A stretch of DNA of 61,333 bases, filler included, from Stramenopiles sp. TOSAG23-2 (Eukaryota), in assembly GCA_900128395.1 (NCBI GenBank). It is 3 parts of 3 records of this genome, joined end to end, with 100 filler letters (N's around TTAATTAATTAA, not from the genome) between each part and the next. Parts side by side here need not be neighbours in the genome. Positions count along the whole stretch, not along the records: positions 41,140 to 61,333 come from LT649561.1; 2 more parts are not named here. One strand, 5' to 3'. Under the pieces are notes generated by a model that saw nothing but the letters and a program-made list of their open reading frames with translations, was not told the DNA's origin and did no database searches. Shown here in pieces: positions 55,318-61,333 of this stretch. The first letter of the stretch is position 1; the number at the start of each line of letters is the position of its first letter. The translations under genes were made by a program, and so were the position numbers.

Positions 55318-55838
55318 TTTATTTTGTTGTTACTTTTTTGAATATTAAAAAAATGTGTTTGATTTCTTGTTTATAATATGTTATATAATAAATGTTTTTA
55401 TCTACATGTGTAGAATATATGTACTGATCTAATAAATAGTAAATATCCCCCTTTTTCCTTTTGTTATGGAGAGGAAGCCGCCTTCTTTTTAGGGAAAATA
55501 TAATAGGAACATCATCCGTAGAGTATATTATACTATTATAGGGCTCATCTGTACTATGGGCATACCATATGGCATACTGGTACAAGTGGTAATTATAATA
55601 CTCTTAGAAAAACACACTATTAGTAGAATTAGACTATTTCTTCCTAAAAAAAAAGTTTTATTTGAAATTTTTATTGATGTTTTTTAAAATAAAAGTTTTT
55701 AAATATAATTATGACAGGGTATATCAAATATATCTCTCTCCATACGTTTCCATTTTCCTGGTCTACGTATTTAAACCACACACACACATCATGTCCATTT
55801 TCAATTTTTTTTTAAAAATAATGAGTTTGTTGGTTTTT

Positions 55839-58800
55839 TTACTCTTCATCATCATCTTCTTCGGATTCTTCTTCTTCGGATTCTTCTTCTTCTTCTTCGG
55901 ATTCTTCTTCTTCGGATTCTTCTTCTTCATCATCATCCTCCTCCTCTTCTTCCTCCTCCTCCACCACCACCTCTTCTTTCTTTTCCTCTTCTTCTTCTTT
56001 CTTCTTTTTCGCAGCTGGTTTCTTTGCAGCAGCAGGAGCTTTTCTCTTTTTTGGTTCGGGAACCTTTCCTTCGGAAATATCTTTTTCTGCCCTAATTAAT
56101 TTAACTAATAAATCGCCACGTCGATTTAATTCTTGTGGAGTACGTGATTTGATAAACCAATCAAAACGAAATTGCCATGCTTTACGTATTTCCAATTTAA
56201 TTTCCTCCCATCTACCATATCCAATCTTTTGCATTAAACAAACAATAAAACGATCTTCCTCCTCCGTATATGCTTTACCACGATTCGTTAAATAATTAAT
56301 CTTCAAATTTTGCCATGGCGATTTTGTTGACTTTACTTTCCAATCTAAGATGGATTTGATTTCGTTCCTTAAAACAATTTTTTTCTCCCCTCTTTCTATC
56401 CTATTCAAAATTTTCGGCCATTCCGAAACTTCCGTGCAACGTTTTAAAAAGACATCAAAATATGCACCAACTTCCGAAGCTGCTTTGCCGGTATTTTGTT
56501 CTACATCCATTGTCACTGCACTTTTATCTTTACGACCAAATTTTTCAAGTGCACTTACAAATGCTCGATAATCACGGCGATTCCAACTACCAAATCCACT
56601 TTGTAACAATTTTTTCTTTTCATCTTCAATCGTTTTATCAGCTTCCATTTCTTCTAGCACAAGTTGGGCTTTATCCGATTCGTTTTCAACTTCTACTTCC
56701 ATTTGAGGAGCGACATAATTACCTTGCTTTTTCTTTCTTTCAATCTCTAATTTCTTCTTTGCTCTTGCAACTCTTTCCTCCTCTCTTTTGAATTGAATAG
56801 TTACTTTTTGTTGCCTTTTCTTCATTTCCCATTCATATTCTTCTTCAACTAGTTCTGTAATTCTTTCCTGATTATAAAATTGATAATCTGCCATTTGTGG
56901 AACTTTTCCTTTTTTAGGCATTGGAATCATCTTCAATTTTCTTTGTTGCGTCGCTCTGATAGTGGCAGCTGATACTGAATTTGATGATGAACTTGAATTT
57001 GCTGCTGCTGCTTCACTGAAGGCTTTTTTATAATACGCATTTTCATTGTAATTTTGTTTACGCTCTCGTTGTGGCAAATTAATGAATTTATGCTTTTTAT
57101 TTTTTTTGTAATCTTCCCCTTCAAATTCAAATAAATTAAAATCACCACCATCCAAAGAGAAATCTTGTAAACTATTATTCATTGCTTTTTTGATTTTATT
57201 TTGCATTTCAGCAGTACGCTTCTCCCCATCTGCTAATATTGCATCAACATCAGCATCGGTAATTACTTCACTATCTTTTTTGAAAATTTCATCCGCACCA
57301 AAACGTACCATTGTGCTCAATTCATCCTTACTTAATGCTTTATTTTGTTGCGCCAAACGACCTTGTTGAATAACAACAGCATCCAAATACAATTTACGTT
57401 CAGCACGTTCAATGATTTTTTCTTCCACGCTATTTTTCGTAATGAAACGGAAAACTTTTACCTGCTTTTTTTGACCAATGCGATGAGCCCGATCCATCGC
57501 TTGTAAATCCATTTGTGGATTCCAATCACTGTCGTACAATATTACAATATCAGCAGTGTATAAATTAATACCTAAACCACCTGCTCTTGTACTTAACATG
57601 AAAACAAACTTTTCACTACCTTCCTCATTGAATAGGTCCATTTGTTCTATACGCTTGTCACCATTCGTGCTACCATCGATGCGGCAATATTGGTAACCTT
57701 TTAAACGTACGTAATCATCCAAGATATCCAACATACGTGTCATTTGACAAAAAATTAATACCATGGACCCTTGCTCCTTTAATCTTGGCAACAACTTGTC
57801 CAATAAGAGCATTTTCCCGCAATTTTCCCATAGATGCGGCCCATCGAAAAACGGCGGGCCAGGTTCTGCACCTTGAAACAAATATGGATGATTGCATGTT
57901 TTTCTCAATTGCATCAATATATTTAACAATCGAGATTTTTGGCCACCATTCAATGCATTTAACGTTTCAATATCTTTTGCCAGCAATTTTCTATAATAAA
58001 AGCGTTGCATCTCTGTCAAACCGACGTACAATTTCAACTCTTTCTTTGGCAACAAACTTTTCTCCACATCGTTTTTCAAACGTCTTAATAAAAATGGTCT
58101 TAAAATTCCATGTAATTTTGAAACAACTTGATCTTGCATAGCTTCATCACCAGAGTTGGTATTAAAGAAAGAGTCAAATATTTCCGCATTATCAAAAACT
58201 TCTGGTAATAAAAAATTCAACAATGCCCACAGCTCGTGCAAATTGTTTTGCAGTGGCGTACCAGTAATTAATAAGCGAAATTGCGTATTAAACGTACGGA
58301 CAGTAACAGCTAACTTTGATTTTTCATTTTTGATTCTGTGTGCTTCGTCAATACATATATAACGCCAATTAAATTTCAATAAATGGCTTTTTTCAATAAT
58401 ACATAATTCATATGTTGTAACAACAACATCAAATAAACCTGATTGTATTTGGTTTTTTAAAATGTCTTGGCGAAGAGGCTTGCTCCCATCTAAAACAACC
58501 ACTCTTAAAATTGGGCACCAACGTGCAAATTCTCTTTGCCAATTTGATACTGTTGTTTTTGGCACGATAACCATGTGTGGTCCAGTGACACCTCTTGCTT
58601 CATGCAAATACCCTAAAATGGAAATGGTTTGCAATGTTTTACCTAGACCCATCTCATCAGCTAATATACCATTTATACCACGATCATATAATGATATCAA
58701 CCAATTCAATCCCTCAATTTGGTAATCTCTCATTGTGCCAAATTTAATACAATTTGGCTGAACAGTTAGTCGAGTCGCACGTGTGGCTTGTTTACTTGCA

Positions 58801-59402
58801 GCTAATAACCGTGCGTCTTCTTCGTCCTCCGTCATACGGTTCCCGCGACCTCGTCCACCTTTTTTCTTCTTTTTCAAACCCGCATTTTTGGAACGATGTT
58901 CAGAAGCATCTTTTGTAAAATCTTTTCCACTGGAGAAAAACGAAAATAGACCGGCTTGCTTTGATAGCCAATCCAAACGTCTTTGTACACTTTCTTGTTT
59001 ATCAGCAGCAACATCCTCATTATCACTTTTTCGCAATGCTGCTAAATTAGCCTTTCGTTGTGCCTTTGCTAATCGTAATTGTTTTGCTTCCTCTTTTTCA
59101 CGTTCACGCCTTGCTTTAGCTTCTTCCCTTGACCCTTTTTTTGGCGAGCCAATAGACGAAGACCTTTCCCTACCACCATTCATCGAAGACGATGCATCGT
59201 TAATTTCAATGCTTAGCGTTTTCGCATCTATAGCATCTTGATCCATTTGTGCTTTTTTCAATGCCGCTATTTCCTCCGCCGTAGCTGTCTCATTTAATGT
59301 TCTAGTGTCATCGGTAGTAGTAGTTGTTGTAGTCGTGGTCGTAGTAGTGGTAGTAGTTGTTGTAGTAGTTGGTGGTGTTGGTAATACAGAATTATCTGCC
59401 AT
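55839..59402 (-). CDS. ISWI: ISWI-family chromatin-remodelling ATPase (SNF2 helicase + HAND-SANT-SLIDE)
   Basis: LADEMGLGKT, DEAH, QAMDRAHRIGQ, GFGSWNRRDY and QFRFDWFIKSRTPQEL motifs. Confidence 0.95.
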   Translation of the reverse strand: MADNSVLPTPPTTTTTTTTTTTTTTTTTTTDDTRTLNETATAEEIAALKKAQMDQDAIDAKTLSIEINDASSSMNGGRERSSSIGSPKKGSREEAKARREREKEEAKQLRLAKAQRKANLAALRKSDNEDVAADKQESVQRRLDWLSKQAGLFSFFSSGKDFTKDASEHRSKNAGLKKKKKGGRGRGNRMTEDEEDARLLAASKQATRATRLTVQPNCIKFGTMRDYQIEGLNWLISLYDRGINGILADEMGLGKTLQTISILGYLHEARGVTGPHMVIVPKTTVSNWQREFARWCPILRVVVLDGSKPLRQDILKNQIQSGLFDVVVTTYELCIIEKSHLLKFNWRYICIDEAHRIKNEKSKLAVTVRTFNTQFRLLITGTPLQNNLHELWALLNFLLPEVFDNAEIFDSFFNTNSGDEAMQDQVVSKLHGILRPFLLRRLKNDVEKSLLPKKELKLYVGLTEMQRFYYRKLLAKDIETLNALNGGQKSRLLNILMQLRKTCNHPYLFQGAEPGPPFFDGPHLWENCGKMLLLDKLLPRLKEQGSMVLIFCQMTRMLDILDDYVRLKGYQYCRIDGSTNGDKRIEQMDLFNEEGSEKFVFMLSTRAGGLGINLYTADIVILYDSDWNPQMDLQAMDRAHRIGQKKQVKVFRFITKNSVEEKIIERAERKLYLDAVVIQQGRLAQQNKALSKDELSTMVRFGADEIFKKDSEVITDADVDAILADGEKRTAEMQNKIKKAMNNSLQDFSLDGGDFNLFEFEGEDYKKNKKHKFINLPQRERKQNYNENAYYKKAFSEAAAANSSSSSNSVSAATIRATQQRKLKMIPMPKKGKVPQMADYQFYNQERITELVEEEYEWEMKKRQQKVTIQFKREEERVARAKKKLEIERKKKQGNYVAPQMEVEVENESDKAQLVLEEMEADKTIEDEKKKLLQSGFGSWNRRDYRAFVSALEKFGRKDKSAVTMDVEQNTGKAASEVGAYFDVFLKRCTEVSEWPKILNRIERGEKKIVLRNEIKSILDWKVKSTKSPWQNLKINYLTNRGKAYTEEEDRFIVCLMQKIGYGRWEEIKLEIRKAWQFRFDWFIKSRTPQELNRRGDLLVKLIRAEKDISEGKVPEPKKRKAPAAAKKPAAKKKKEEEEEKKEEVVVEEEEEEEEDDDEEEESEEEESEEEEEESEEEESEEDDDEE

Positions 59403-60157
59403 GTCTCTGTCTCTTATATATCACTGATTATTGAATATACTTCTCGATAAAAAGTAGAACTATTTGTCTGTTTTCTATTCTTTTCTTTACTGTAATATAT
59501 ATATATAATATATATATATATTTATTTAATTTTCTATCTGAGTACTAAGAAATCTAATTATTATCACTATGATGATATGTATGATGGATTTTCCTAATGC
59601 ACTAATGGTATTTCATAGTAATTTTTAAAAAAAATGATTAGAAAATCAATTCTTTCAAACCAATCAATCAATCTGGATGGTTCGAAAAATCTGGCAAAGT
59701 CTTGGCTATGTGCCCTATCCAGCTATTGTATACTGTACTGAGTTATGTGCGCAGACCAGCAGACCAGCAGGGAGGGTCTAGTAGCTACACTACACTAATC
59801 ACAGAGGTACGTAGTATGGGAATATAGGGTACTGTAGCTCTGTAGCTCTGCAGCTTGCAGCTATCATCTATAGCCGCCAGCTAGGCCATTTTACTACATA
59901 CTAAAGTACAGAACTTCCAGATAATTCCTTTCACACATCACTATTGATAAACCATTCCATAACGTTATCTACCTGCTAAGCCAACAGCAAAAAAAAGAGG
60001 AATTCCTCACATCAAAAACATCAAAAAAGTGGGGAAATTATAAATGATGAATAGAAATAGTTTTACTACAGACGTACAAGTTGAATTATAAATGTACAAC
60101 AGGAACACGTTTGTAAAGAACATTTAAAACAACAGAACAACAAATCATAAAACAAAT

Positions 60158-61123
60158 ATGAAATTATTATTATGTATTATACTATGTCTTAGTGTGACAT
60201 CTTCTATGGGAACACGTCAAAGACTTGTAGTTGATAAAGTGAAACTTAGAAATTTAGCCAAAGAAGCTGGTGTATTATCTTTGTTGGAGACAAAAGAAGC
60301 AGCGCCAGCCCAAGAGGTTAGTATTGAAGCAACACCACAAGACGTACAATCTGGAGATTTTGAAATCAAATGTGCAACCTCATGTGACTTTGTTAAAAAA
60401 GGATCAGCTGAGTTTGTTGGATCTGCAGGTGTAAACGGGCCAGCTGGTGCAGCTGGTAGCAAAGTTGGCAGTCAAGCAACGGAGGCAGCACAAAATTTGG
60501 AAGAATTATACTTGAAAATGGCTGCGTTACAAGATGCATTAGCAAAAGAGCCAACTTCTGAAAAATTAATTAAACAAAGACAAGGTTTAAGTGCAAAAAT
60601 CAACGCACAAACTGCTTTATTAAATGCATTAGCAGGTGGCGGTGCCATGGAAGCACCAGTTAGTCCAAATGACCAAAAACGTATTGAAGCAGCAGAAAGT
60701 AAATTGCAAGCCATCCAAGCACAGTTAGCCGGCTCCCCAGACGATCCAGCATTGAAAGCTATGCGCGATCAATTAAAGAAAGAGATTGAGCAACGTAATG
60801 ATGCTGTTGTCGGTGCTAAAAAAATCGAAGAACACCGTAAAGAGGTTACGATGCAATTAGGTAATTTGAATGAAAAACTTGATAAATTAAAGGCACAAAG
60901 TGGTGCTTTACCAAATGATGCTACGTTAAAAGAAGAGATTGTGAAAACACAGGAAGCTATTGCAAAATTATCTACCCAAGATTTGACACCAAAGGAAACT
61001 TGTGTACGTACATGTGCACAACCAGGTATGCAAGGAAAAGACAAAGGTGCAAGTAACTGTGTACGTATGTGCGTTAAAATGTTCAGAGCTGTTACATACC
61101 ATGTAGCAAAAAAGTTCTTGTAA
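60158..61123 (+). CDS. Secreted coiled-coil protein with Cys pairs at both ends
   Basis: Signal peptide; CxxxC motifs (CATSC, CVRTC, CVRMC); repeated P.D..LK helical hairpins. Confidence 0.75.
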   Translation: MKLLLCIILCLSVTSSMGTRQRLVVDKVKLRNLAKEAGVLSLLETKEAAPAQEVSIEATPQDVQSGDFEIKCATSCDFVKKGSAEFVGSAGVNGPAGAAGSKVGSQATEAAQNLEELYLKMAALQDALAKEPTSEKLIKQRQGLSAKINAQTALLNALAGGGAMEAPVSPNDQKRIEAAESKLQAIQAQLAGSPDDPALKAMRDQLKKEIEQRNDAVVGAKKIEEHRKEVTMQLGNLNEKLDKLKAQSGALPNDATLKEEIVKTQEAIAKLSTQDLTPKETCVRTCAQPGMQGKDKGASNCVRMCVKMFRAVTYHVAKKFL

Positions 61124-61333
61124 AGAAGACATTTTATATTTTAAATAGTTAGAACCCCCCCCACACAAAAAAAAATTTTTACTAAATATAAAAAAACAGA
61201 TATCATAAACGAAATGAGGAGAGAGCGTATTTTAATCACATGTGTGTGTGTAAATATATATATATACATGTATATATATGCAATAAAAAAGGAAAATTAA
61301 GTCGTTAACTTATTTGTTTTTTATTTAACACCC

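Noticed and set aside
1-61333. Alternative genetic code, tRNA/rRNA genes or an autonomous transposon
   Set aside because: Long genes read through in the standard code and end in TAA or TGA. I recognised no structural RNA, transposase or reverse transcriptase motifs.

Overview
AT-rich eukaryotic DNA with essentially intronless genes in the standard genetic code. Ciliary genes (CFAP77-like, CFAP119-like, TPH coiled-coil), ISWI, RTF1 and UTP23 point to a flagellated protist; a marine stramenopile single-cell or co-assembly is my low-confidence inference. The window is three separate contigs (1-20539, 20640-41039, 41140-61333) joined by artificial 100-nt N/TTAATTAATTAA/N spacers. About ten 57-172 bp tandem duplications look like unmerged assembly overlaps. 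About 20 genes are recognisable, including a giant multidomain HECT ligase, a GAF-fused NAD-glutamate dehydrogenase and a methyltransferase-TPR protein. The most interesting signals are: (1) 19241-20539 is an inverted second version of 4371-7480, and the alignment shows six short TA-CG..G-TA insertions in under 300 bp. The same motif recurs across intergenic DNA on all three contigs and fits excision footprints of a TA-targeting transposon with CGA...TCG ends. (2) A modular, hypervariable NLS / F-box-like / ankyrin gene family with intact, deleted and effector-fused members. (3) A dispersed non-coding element downstream of genes on all three contigs, absent from the alternative copy. (4) A 170-bp near-perfect palindrome. 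All assignments come from reading motifs by eye; no searches were run.
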